This document shows, one piece after another, positions 1 to 7,905 of a stretch of DNA of 55,012 bases. Below the pieces are notes generated by a model. That model was given only the letters and a program-made list of their open reading frames with translations. It did not search any database and had not been told where the DNA came from. The position numbers and the translations under genes were made by a program. Numbering within the stretch: the first letter of the stretch is position 1; each line of letters starts with the position of its first letter. The DNA is taken from contig CAZLUT010000004.1 in the NCBI GenBank assembly GCA_964562805.1, forward strand, positions 1-55,012. Direction: 5' to 3'. The DNA is from an uncultured bacterium (lineage in GTDB: Bacteria; Omnitrophota; Omnitrophia; Omnitrophales; CAZLUT01).

Positions 1-27
1 TTAACTTTTTTAATTAAGTCTTAATAT

Positions 28-1320
28 TTAACTTAATTTTCTTGCTTTATTAACCCTTTTCCTGATTTGCAAAGAGGTTTCACCTTTGGTTTTACGTGTA
101 CCCTTCAGGTTATTGGACAGATCTTTATATTTAACTTTTGGCACTTCAATTTGAATATCAATCCGGTCAATTAAAGGTCCCGAAAGACGAGAGCGGAACT
201 GTTCAATTTGGGCTATGGTGCATCTGCAAGATCTGTGTTTTGAATTTAAATAGCCGCACTTACATGGGTTGGAAGCGCTGACCAACATAAAGCTGGCCGG
301 GAATTCTAAAGTTCCATTCACACGGGAAATGGTAATTTTTTTATCCTCTAAGGGTAGCCGTAGCGATTCTAAGGCGTCTTTTCTAAATTCACTTAGCTCA
401 TCCAAAAATAACACGCCGCGATGAGCCATGCTGACCTCGCCCGGTTTGGGCAGAGCTCCGCCGCCCACGAGACTCGCGGTTGAGAGCGTGTGGTGAGGCG
501 AGCGAAAGGGGCGCTTAAAATACGAATGATAAGTCTTGTCACTCTCATCACTGATTCCGTAAATCATAAAAACTTCAAGCGCTTCATTTTTATTTAAAAT
601 AGGCAAGATGCTGGGGACGCGTTTTGCAAGCATAGTTTTCCCGCCGCCCGGGGAACCAAGCATCAGTAAATTATGCCCGCCGCTTACAGCGGTTTCAATG
701 GCACGTTTGGCCTTGTCTTGTCCTTTCACGTCTTTAAAATCCAGACCTTCGTCGTCCAAGGGCGAGACTGTCTCGTCTTGAAAAAAAGAAAAAGAAAAAG
801 AGCCCTCATTCAGATAAGAAATCGCGTCTTTTAATGAATTAAGAGGAATGAGTTTGGGTTTTTTTGGGTTCCAATCTAAAAGCGCCGCCTCTTTTGCGTT
901 CCGGGCGGGGAAAAGAAGAATTTTTTCTTGAGTCTCTGCAAGCTTGGATGTTTGAATCAAACCTTTTACTGGCCTTAGTTTTCCATCTAAAGCTAATTCA
1001 CCTACAGCGATAATTTTATTAAGTGAATCCGGCTGTATGTGGCCTTCCTGAGCTAAAATGCACAGAGCAATCGGAAGATCAAAGAGGGGGCCTTCTTTTT
1101 TTAGATCAGCCGGCGCCAAATTTACCGTTACTTTTTTTAGTGGAAATTGAAAGCCGCTATTTTTAAGAGCGGCACGAACACGATCCTTGCTTTCCTTAAC
1201 AGCCTGGTCCGGGAGTCCGACAATTGTTAATTGAGGGATTCCGGGGTTAATATCAACTTCAACTTCTGCTGGGACAGCTTGCACACCTAAGGGTACGATA
1301 CTGGTTATATGAGTAATCAT
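28..1320 (-). CDS. comM: YifB/ComM family Mg-chelatase-like AAA+ ATPase, C-terminally truncated
   Basis: IVGLPDQAVKESKDRV, NLAPADLKKEG, Walker A GSPGGGKT, RSPHHT, GVLFLDE, NPCKCG, SGPLIDRID. Start moved to ATG 1320 (MITHITS). Ends at RVNKARKLS*, roughly 70-80 aa short of typical ComM. Confidence 0.88.
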   Translation of the reverse strand: MITHITSIVPLGVQAVPAEVEVDINPGIPQLTIVGLPDQAVKESKDRVRAALKNSGFQFPLKKVTVNLAPADLKKEGPLFDLPIALCILAQEGHIQPDSLNKIIAVGELALDGKLRPVKGLIQTSKLAETQEKILLFPARNAKEAALLDWNPKKPKLIPLNSLKDAISYLNEGSFSFSFFQDETVSPLDDEGLDFKDVKGQDKAKRAIETAVSGGHNLLMLGSPGGGKTMLAKRVPSILPILNKNEALEVFMIYGISDESDKTYHSYFKRPFRSPHHTLSTASLVGGGALPKPGEVSMAHRGVLFLDELSEFRKDALESLRLPLEDKKITISRVNGTLEFPASFMLVSASNPCKCGYLNSKHRSCRCTIAQIEQFRSRLSGPLIDRIDIQIEVPKVKYKDLSNNLKGTRKTKGETSLQIRKRVNKARKLS

Positions 1321-1432
1321 AGTAAGTAGTAATATATAATTATATTCATATAAATCAAATATTTTTTTATTATTAATCAATATTTATTCTGATCAAATAG
1401 GCAGGTCTTTTAACAATATATTACTTCCATCT

Positions 1433-1461
1433 TTGAAAAGTTATAAGGAACCTAATATAAT
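1433..1461 (+). promoter_or_regulatory. sigma70-type promoter, short-leader transcript
   Basis: TTGAAA(1433-38)-N17-TATAAT(1456-61); ATG 1472 follows 10 nt later with no SD. Confidence 0.7.
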
Positions 1462-1471
1462 CTTTTCCTTT

Positions 1472-1921
1472 ATGGAACTAATAAATGAACCTTTTAATCC
1501 GGCCCGGGGAATAATCGCGATTGTTGTATCTTGGTTTGTTGCGCAAACTGCCAAGGTGGCGACTGACTATTTCCGGAATAAAAAAATTAATGTAAAATCA
1601 TTTTTGGATACAGGCGGCATGCCAAGCAGTCACTCCGCGAGCGTTGCCTCTCTGGCAGCAGTGGTTGGTTTGTATTACGGTTTTATTTCAATACCTTTTT
1701 GTATCGCAGGAGTTTTTGCCGTGGTTATAATGTTTGATGCCGCGGGTGTCCGCCGTTCAGTTGGGAGGCAAGCCCAGATTTTAAATAAAATGGTTGAGGA
1801 TCTGGAGCATCATCAGCAGATCACTAATGATCGAGTTAAAGAGTTGTTGGGACATACACCCATTCAAGTATTTGCGGGTGCCTTTTTAGGAATAGCAGTC
1901 GCGCTTATTATTTGCGGTTAA
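1472..1921 (+). CDS. Divergent PAP2 family (DUF212) acid phosphatase-like membrane protein
   Basis: GGMPSSHSA, VIMFDAAGVRRSVGRQA and LGHTPIQV motifs. Start taken as ATG 1472 because TTG 1433 coincides with the -35 box. Confidence 0.85.
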   Translation: MELINEPFNPARGIIAIVVSWFVAQTAKVATDYFRNKKINVKSFLDTGGMPSSHSASVASLAAVVGLYYGFISIPFCIAGVFAVVIMFDAAGVRRSVGRQAQILNKMVEDLEHHQQITNDRVKELLGHTPIQVFAGAFLGIAVALIICG

Positions 1922-1930
1922 GGAGGAAAT

Positions 1931-2944
1931 ATGAAAATTCAAGTTCTAGTATTAGTCTGTCTTCTTGTTTTGGCGGTACCGGCCTTAGCCCAAGAAGTGG
2001 CTGTTATTGAAGGGTTGGAAGTAACAGTTGTTGATGAAGCTTCAGGAGATAAAGAGACTGTCGCTGAAGAGCCAGCGGCCAAAGAAGAAACATTCTTGAC
2101 GCCTGAGACGGACTCGACCGGAAAGGGTAGCGTTTTGCAAGTTTCCCTAGAAGCTGAAGAGACCGCGGGTAATGCGCCGGTTGAATCAGCGCCGCTTACA
2201 ATAGAAGAAGTAGATGTGATAAGCCCAGTTGAAGCAACGCCTTTACTTCCCTCAGCTCAGCTTTCTGAAGCGAAGCAGCTCATAGCAGCAGGCGAACTTT
2301 CGGGTGCCAAGAAAATTTTAAAAGCTACTCTAGTTAATTTAAAAGGCGACAATTATGACAAGGCACAGGATCTTTTAGCTGAAGTTAATAATAAGCTACT
2401 GTTTCAATTCGATTCTGATTTTCCCGGAGTCACTATCCATCAAGTGAAGCCCGGCGAGAGCCTTTATGTGATTGCTAAAAAATATAAAACAACCCCGGAA
2501 TTTATTGCGGTGCTTAATGGTATTAAAGGAACTGTTATTCACCCTAATCAAAAACTGCGCGTGATCACCGCACCCATTTTGATTCATGTTAGCAAATCTA
2601 AAAATCGGATGGAGGTTTATGTTGATAAAGAGATTATTCGTATCTATCCTGTAGCTACAGGACTTAACAATTCATCTCCTATTGGCGCCTTTACGATCGT
2701 AACTAAAGTTGAAAACCCAACTTGGTATAAGACGGGAGCTATTGTTCCACCGGGAAATAAAGAAAATATTTTAGGAACCCGCTGGCTTGGGTTTTCCCTG
2801 GCAGGGTTTGGAATACACGGAACAACCCTTCCGGAATCGATCGGCACCCAGTCAACAGCTGGCTGTGTTCGCATGCTCAATAAAGACGTTGAGGAGCTTT
2901 ACGCGATGGTCCCGCTCAATGCTCAGGTAACTGTTGTTGATTAA
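1931..2944 (+). CDS. Exported LysM + YkuD L,D-transpeptidase
   Basis: Signal peptide, acidic linker, LysM (HQVKPGESLYVIAKKY), YkuD motif GIHGT...STAGCVRM; SD AAGGAGG. Confidence 0.88.
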   Translation: MKIQVLVLVCLLVLAVPALAQEVAVIEGLEVTVVDEASGDKETVAEEPAAKEETFLTPETDSTGKGSVLQVSLEAEETAGNAPVESAPLTIEEVDVISPVEATPLLPSAQLSEAKQLIAAGELSGAKKILKATLVNLKGDNYDKAQDLLAEVNNKLLFQFDSDFPGVTIHQVKPGESLYVIAKKYKTTPEFIAVLNGIKGTVIHPNQKLRVITAPILIHVSKSKNRMEVYVDKEIIRIYPVATGLNNSSPIGAFTIVTKVENPTWYKTGAIVPPGNKENILGTRWLGFSLAGFGIHGTTLPESIGTQSTAGCVRMLNKDVEELYAMVPLNAQVTVVD

Positions 2945-2976
2945 TTTAAAAAAAAGTGAGTAATAGGTAAATAATA

Positions 2977-3993
2977 ATGAAAGAACAGAAAAAAGCCCCA
3001 TCCAAACTTAAACCGGTAAATATATCGCTTGGCGAGCACTCAAAAGTTATTTTAGATTTTGAACAGCCCATAGCTGAACTTGAAAAGAAAATTAAAGAGC
3101 TGAAAGATTTAACAGAAGGCGGTATGGATTTAGGTGAGGAAATCAGCACTTTGGAAGAAAAATTGCAGCAGGCTCAAAAAGATGTTTATAAAAATTTAAC
3201 CCCTTGGCAGCGGGTTCAGTTGGCCAGACACCCGGCAAGACCTTATACTCTCGACTATATCAATCTTCTAATAGAAGACTTTGTCGAAATTCATGGGGAT
3301 CGACTGTACGGTGATGATAAAGCGATTATTGCGGGGTTTGGACGCTTGGGATCTCGGCCCGTTTGTGTGATCGGGCAGCAAAAGGGAAGAGATACAAAAG
3401 AAAATTTAATGAGAATGTTCGGAAGCGCTCACCCCGAAGGTTATCGGAAAGCCCTTCGCATTATGAGGCTAGCCGAAAAATTTAATGTTCCTATTATTAC
3501 TTTTATTGACACCCCCGGTGCTTATCCCGGTCTGGGTGCCGAAGAGCGAGGGCAAGCCAATGCCATCGCTTTTAATTTGAGAGAAATGGCAGATGTCGCC
3601 TCTCCCATTGTCACGATTGTTATTGGAGAGGGAGGTTCAGGAGGAGCCTTAGGTATTGCTGTTGCTGACCGTGTTTTTGTATTAGAGAATGCTTACTATT
3701 CGGTTATTTCTCCTGAAGGGTGCGCTGCTATATTATGGAAGAGCAACGCAAAGGCCCCTGATGCTGCCGCAGCACTCAAATTAACAGCAGAAGATTTAAT
3801 AAAGCTAGGCGTTATCGATGGAATGGTAGAGGAGCCGATGGGCGGCGCTCATCATGATGCCGGATATGTTGCCGAGAAAATAAAAGAGAAAATCGAATCC
3901 GCGCTCTCAGAATTAGAAAAACTTCCAGCCGAAAAACTTCTCGAGGAAAGATACCAAAAATTTAGAAAAATGGGTGTTTTTCACGAAAAATAA
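2977..3993 (+). CDS. accA: Acetyl-CoA carboxylase carboxyltransferase alpha subunit
   Basis: LDFEQPIAEL, ARHPARP, FIDTPGAYPG, GEGGSGGAL, YYSVISPEGCAAILW. Confidence 0.96.
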   Translation: MKEQKKAPSKLKPVNISLGEHSKVILDFEQPIAELEKKIKELKDLTEGGMDLGEEISTLEEKLQQAQKDVYKNLTPWQRVQLARHPARPYTLDYINLLIEDFVEIHGDRLYGDDKAIIAGFGRLGSRPVCVIGQQKGRDTKENLMRMFGSAHPEGYRKALRIMRLAEKFNVPIITFIDTPGAYPGLGAEERGQANAIAFNLREMADVASPIVTIVIGEGGSGGALGIAVADRVFVLENAYYSVISPEGCAAILWKSNAKAPDAAAALKLTAEDLIKLGVIDGMVEEPMGGAHHDAGYVAEKIKEKIESALSELEKLPAEKLLEERYQKFRKMGVFHEK

Positions 3994-4056
3994 CCTTTCT
4001 TAGTCTTTCTCCGCATCTTTTTCAATATTTTTTCAAAAAAATATAATCGTCTTAAA

Positions 4057-4103
4057 ATACAATATATAGTGGTGTTTTAAATTAAAAACACTATTTGTAC
4101 TAA
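4057..4103. promoter_or_regulatory. Tandem NrdR-box-like palindromes
   Basis: ATACAATATATAGTGG (4057-72) matches acaCwAtATaTwGtgt at 14/16; a weaker copy ACACTATTTGTACTAA starts 31 nt later (4088). Confidence 0.45.
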
Positions 4104-4151
4104 TTTTAAGTTATTCACCCCTTTTCTAAATCCCAGCCTTTAAAAAAAGTG

Positions 4152-4182
4152 TTGACAAGATAGCCGTGTTATAAATTATAAT
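4152..4182 (+). promoter_or_regulatory. sigma70-type promoter with 19-nt spacer
   Basis: Perfect TTGACA (4152-57) and TATAAT (4177-82). Confidence 0.55.
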
Positions 4183-4210
4183 TTACAAAATGTAAAATAC
4201 GTTTTGTAAA
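4182..4210. promoter_or_regulatory. Inverted repeat, candidate operator over the transcription start
   Basis: TTTACAAAA-N11-TTTTGTAAA, perfect 9-bp arms. Confidence 0.45.
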
Positions 4211-4232
4211 AATGATTAAACACGAGGCTCTA

Positions 4233-6542
4233 ATGAACTTTAAAACAGTAATTAAAGGCTTCATCGTCGCATTAATCACCTTCGGTCTAATCAGCCCCTC
4301 TCCCTTCATCTCGCTGCCCATACATTCATTATTAGTTTCCGAAGCGTTTGCTGAGGAAAGCCTGATTGACCTCGAGGTTACAGCAAAAGAACAGGACGAG
4401 GAGCGGAAAAGGCTCAAAAAATCCGAGAAAGAAAAACAAAAAGCCATCAAAGAAGGAAACGTGCAGCTTTTGCCATATGGTGATGAAGATTTAAAAGAGC
4501 GAATTAAAAGGCGCGAAGAGGCAAAAAAACGGCTTGCTTATTTTAGAGAAGAGGCCAGAAAAAGAAGAGAGGCTGCAACAAAGAAAGAAAGCGAAGAGAT
4601 AAAAGTTGAAACTAAAGAAGCTGAGGAAAAAGAAGTAAAAATAAAAGAAAGAGAAGTTTCTGTTACCCCCGCGGTTTCTCAAATAAAAAAAGCAGTAAAG
4701 CCGAAAACGGTGACCCCTGAAAAAGATGTTATTCGACCAAAACCGCGTGAAGTCGTTATACGCAAAGTTACAAAAAGACCCGCCCCTATTGCGCAGCCAA
4801 CCCCTAAAAAAGCGGCTCATGTACCAATGGTGCCCGCAAAAACAGAGGGTGAAGCTTCACCAAAGAAACTTGTTACAAAAAAATCATTAACGGCCTCAGA
4901 AGAGGATGCGCTTATCAAAAAGGCCCTTGAGATTGAAAAGAAAAAACAGCAAAAACTTCTTTACGAGAAAAAACAGCTGGAAGATGAATTGTCCAAAATA
5001 GAAAAAGAAGCTAAGAAGATATCTCAAGAAGAAACCAAAAAACAAAAACAGCTGGAAAAGGCCCGTAAAGAAGAGGAAAAGCGCAAAAAAGCTATCTTGA
5101 AAGCTAAACGTAAAGAAGCTGAAAAGAAACGTAAGGCAGAGTTGAAACGCAGGAAAGAAGAAGAGAAGAAAAAGCGTAAAGAAGCCGAGCGTCAAGCTAA
5201 GGAAGAAAAGAAAAAACGGGAAACTGAGCTAAAACGTCAGAGAGAAGAAGAAAAACGAAAAAAAGCTATTCTCGAAGCTAAGCGTAAAGAAACTGAAAAA
5301 AAGCGCCAAGCGGAACTGAAGCTTAAAAAAGAACTTGAGAAGAAAAAGCGTAAAGAAGCCGAACGTCAAGCTAAGGAAGAAAAGAAAAAGCGCGGGGAGA
5401 GTGAGCCTAATTTTTTCCAAAAAGTATTTGGAATCACGCCTAAAACACCTGAACAAAAAGCCTTGGAGGCTAAACGTAAAGAAGCTGACAAGAAACACAA
5501 AGCAGCACTAAAGCGCCAGAGAGAAGAAGAAAAGAAAAAACGTGAAGCCGAATTAAAGCAGAAGAAAGAAGAAGAAAAACGAAAAAAAGCTATTCTTAAA
5601 GCTAAACGTAAAGAAGCTGAAAAGAAACGTAAGGCAGAGTTGAAACGTAAGAAAGACGAAGAGATTCCAAAACGAGCAAAGACTCTTACTGTTCCAGCTA
5701 AGCCTAACAAGAAACTTCTTAACAAGCATCTGACCCAGGCCCAAAACTCAATCGACCGGAAAGATTTTAGTGCGGCCCGCTCCTCTCTCGACAAAGCCTT
5801 GCAGCTTGACGCTCAAAACGTTATCGCGACCAATTTAATGGCAGTAGCCGTTGAGGGGGAGTTTATCGAGGATCAAAAAAGACTTCAGAATCAAAAGGTA
5901 ATTGCGGGGATGATCGAAGAAGAAAGAATGAGGGATAAGTTTTTAATGATGATGGATCGTATTGATTCCGAGATTCAAGAATTAACTCGGAAAGGCAACG
6001 CTCTTTATTCAAAAGGGAGAACCCCCGAAGCCAACCAGAAGTATCGCAAGGTAAGAGCGCTTGAAACTGAAAGACGCATGATTACTGAAAATCTTCTCGA
6101 GAGATTGGATAGAGAAGCTAAAGAATCAATGGAATCGTTATCACCCAAAGAGAAGAAAGCAAAAATTAATAATTTACTAAGACAAGCTGACATCTTAGCT
6201 AAACAAAGAAGATGGGATGAAGCGTCTGAGAAATATGAATCTGTTTTTGTGTACGATCCTCTAAACGCCCAAGCCTCCCAAGGTATTGATTATTTAAAAA
6301 AGCGTTTTATAAAACAGGAGAAAGAAAGAAAAGAATCGGCAGCCAAAGCTTTGGATGAAGATTTTGAAAATCGGATAAAGTTTTATGTTGAACAAGCTAA
6401 AACCGCTTTAGCTCAAGACGAAACGCATAAGGCCAATGTACTAATCGGTAGAGCTCTTGCTTTAGACCCAAAAAATCGAGAAGCCAAGAAATTATTAAAA
6501 CGTGCGCTAGAAGAAGGAGAAAAAAATAGGTATGAAACGTGA
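4233..6542 (+). CDS. Exported or membrane-anchored K/E/R-rich coiled-coil (TolA-like) protein with C-terminal TPR-like repeats
   Basis: Hydrophobic N-terminus ending AFAEE; long charged repeats; TPR-like helices (AARSSLDKALQLDAQN, YESVFVYDPLNAQA, RALALDPKNREA). ATG 4233 has a GAGG SD; the ORF track start is 4212. Confidence 0.7.
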   Translation: MNFKTVIKGFIVALITFGLISPSPFISLPIHSLLVSEAFAEESLIDLEVTAKEQDEERKRLKKSEKEKQKAIKEGNVQLLPYGDEDLKERIKRREEAKKRLAYFREEARKRREAATKKESEEIKVETKEAEEKEVKIKEREVSVTPAVSQIKKAVKPKTVTPEKDVIRPKPREVVIRKVTKRPAPIAQPTPKKAAHVPMVPAKTEGEASPKKLVTKKSLTASEEDALIKKALEIEKKKQQKLLYEKKQLEDELSKIEKEAKKISQEETKKQKQLEKARKEEEKRKKAILKAKRKEAEKKRKAELKRRKEEEKKKRKEAERQAKEEKKKRETELKRQREEEKRKKAILEAKRKETEKKRQAELKLKKELEKKKRKEAERQAKEEKKKRGESEPNFFQKVFGITPKTPEQKALEAKRKEADKKHKAALKRQREEEKKKREAELKQKKEEEKRKKAILKAKRKEAEKKRKAELKRKKDEEIPKRAKTLTVPAKPNKKLLNKHLTQAQNSIDRKDFSAARSSLDKALQLDAQNVIATNLMAVAVEGEFIEDQKRLQNQKVIAGMIEEERMRDKFLMMMDRIDSEIQELTRKGNALYSKGRTPEANQKYRKVRALETERRMITENLLERLDREAKESMESLSPKEKKAKINNLLRQADILAKQRRWDEASEKYESVFVYDPLNAQASQGIDYLKKRFIKQEKERKESAAKALDEDFENRIKFYVEQAKTALAQDETHKANVLIGRALALDPKNREAKKLLKRALEEGEKNRYET
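5100..5647 (+). repeat. Intragenic direct repeats encoding charged helical units
   Basis: 50-bp exact repeat AAAGCTAAACGTAAAGAAGCTGAAAAGAAACGTAAGGCAGAGTTGAAACG at 5100-5149 and 5598-5647; a second near-exact ~50-bp pair (KKKRKEAERQAKEEKKKR) near 5165 and 5340. Confidence 0.85.
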
Positions 6543-6762
6543 AAAGTTTTACAAGATAGGGGAAGTGATGCAGCATACGGGCCTATCTCGCCAAACCATT
6601 CACAACTATACCGTAGCCGGTCTCATTTCAGAGAAGACAAGAACGCCTTCGGGACATCGCTACTATGATGAGAATGTGTTTGATAGGTTAGAAAAGATAA
6701 AAATTTTACAAAAAAAGAATTATACCTTAACCCAAATAAAAAAAATTTTAGAAAACGAATAA
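6532..6762 (+). CDS. Stand-alone MerR-family HTH regulator (76 aa, no effector domain)
   Basis: YKIGEVMQHTGLSRQTIHNY...GLI...RTPSGHRYY; overlaps the upstream stop by 11 nt. Confidence 0.85.
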   Translation: MKREKFYKIGEVMQHTGLSRQTIHNYTVAGLISEKTRTPSGHRYYDENVFDRLEKIKILQKKNYTLTQIKKILENE

Positions 6763-6797
6763 CGGATTTATTTTTTTATATATAAAGGAGGGAAATT

Positions 6798-7577
6798 ATG
6801 AAAGACGTCTTAAAGCTTTGGAGACGATACAAACGAGTAGGTTCTGAAAGCTTGCGCGAAGACTTAATTAAACGCTATCTTTATCTGGTTAAATTTGTAG
6901 CTGGAAGGGTTGCTGTTGGCCTTCCCTCAAATGTTGAGTTTGGAGACCTGGTAAGCTATGGGATTCTGGGTCTTTTAGACGCTATTGAAAAATATGACCC
7001 TGAGCAAGGGAATAAATTTGAAACTTACGGGGTTTCTCGCATTCGAGGCGCCATTATGGATGAGCTTCGAAAGTTGGATTGGGCGCCGCGCTTGCTTCGT
7101 AAGAAAGCCCGCGATGCGGAAAAGAAAGTAAGAGAGCTTGAGGAAAGGTACGGCAGGCCCGCGACTGATGAAGAATTAGCTGACAGTCTGGGCGTCTCAG
7201 TCGAAGAGATTGGGAACCTGTATCAAGCCGTCAGCTCTGCCTCATTTCTTCCTCTGGATGAGATGTGGGAAAATGAAGATGGTAATAAACCGATGAGCCG
7301 GCTTCAGTTGGTGCCGGACGCTCTGAGCCAAGACCAAATGGATGGGATTCAGAAGAATGAAGTCAGAGAACTTATCGCAAGCGCTATCGAAGAGCTTCCT
7401 GAGAAGGAAAAGCTCGTTGTAGTGCTTTATTACTACGAAAATTTAACACTCAAAGAAATCGGAGCAGTGTTAAACGTTTCTGAATCTCGCGTATGTCAAA
7501 TTCACAGTAAAGTAATGCTGAGACTGCGCTCCCATTTTAGAAAGATTGGCGAAGAACAGGCATTGGTTGCCGTTTAG
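6798..7577 (+). CDS. fliA: FliA/WhiG family (sigma-28) RNA polymerase sigma factor
   Basis: DLVSYGILGLLDAIEKYDP, FETYGVSRIRGAIMDELRKLDW, LYYYENLTLKEIGAVLNVSESRVCQIH; SD AAGGAGG. Confidence 0.92.
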   Translation: MKDVLKLWRRYKRVGSESLREDLIKRYLYLVKFVAGRVAVGLPSNVEFGDLVSYGILGLLDAIEKYDPEQGNKFETYGVSRIRGAIMDELRKLDWAPRLLRKKARDAEKKVRELEERYGRPATDEELADSLGVSVEEIGNLYQAVSSASFLPLDEMWENEDGNKPMSRLQLVPDALSQDQMDGIQKNEVRELIASAIEELPEKEKLVVVLYYYENLTLKEIGAVLNVSESRVCQIHSKVMLRLRSHFRKIGEEQALVAV

Positions 7578-7612
7578 GCGTATATCTTTTAATCCGTTTT
7601 TCCTTCCTTTTT

Positions 7613-7642
7613 GGTGAGGAAGCTCGGGAGAGCTTTCTCACC
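7613..7642. terminator. 13-bp hairpin between fliA and the sigma-28 promoter
   Basis: GGTGAGGAAGCTC-GGGA-GAGCTTTCTCACC with one G.U pair; the downstream U tract is weak. Confidence 0.4.
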
Positions 7643-7669
7643 TAAAGTTTTCTTATTCGTTACCGATAC
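7643..7669 (+). promoter_or_regulatory. sigma-28 promoter
   Basis: TAAAGTTT(7643-50)-N11-ACCGATAC(7662-69) versus consensus TAAAGTTT-N11-GCCGATAA. Confidence 0.8.
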
Positions 7670-7730
7670 TAAGACTAAAAGGTAACTTCCGAAAATGAAT
7701 CCTCGGAAACAGAAAAAATCAAGGACTTGT

Positions 7731-7898
7731 ATGAAGCAAATTTTGGCTTGGCTTGAGGAGACCCCCAGCCCTAATGAGGGCCGCATCAAAGAACTTAAGG
7801 ATATGATTAAAAGAGGCCGATATCCTTCCAGAAAGATTATCGATTCAACCGCGGATGAGTTGATCGCGAGGTTTAGAGGTAAGAAAAAAGCTCTCTAA
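7731..7898 (+). CDS. Minimal FlgM-like anti-sigma-28 factor (55 aa)
   Basis: RIKELKDMIKRGRY...IIDSTADELI resembles the FlgM C-terminal sigma-binding helices; SD AAGGA before ATG 7731; adjacent to fliA with its own sigma-28 promoter. Confidence 0.65.
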   Translation: MKQILAWLEETPSPNEGRIKELKDMIKRGRYPSRKIIDSTADELIARFRGKKKAL

Positions 7899-7905
7899 TT
7901 TTGTC

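Noticed and set aside
2977-3993. accA without accD nearby
   Set aside because: Unlinked accA and accD is the common arrangement.
4491-5794. Several antisense Phe/Leu/Ser-rich ORFs
   Set aside because: Shadows of the A-rich Lys/Glu repeats on the plus strand.
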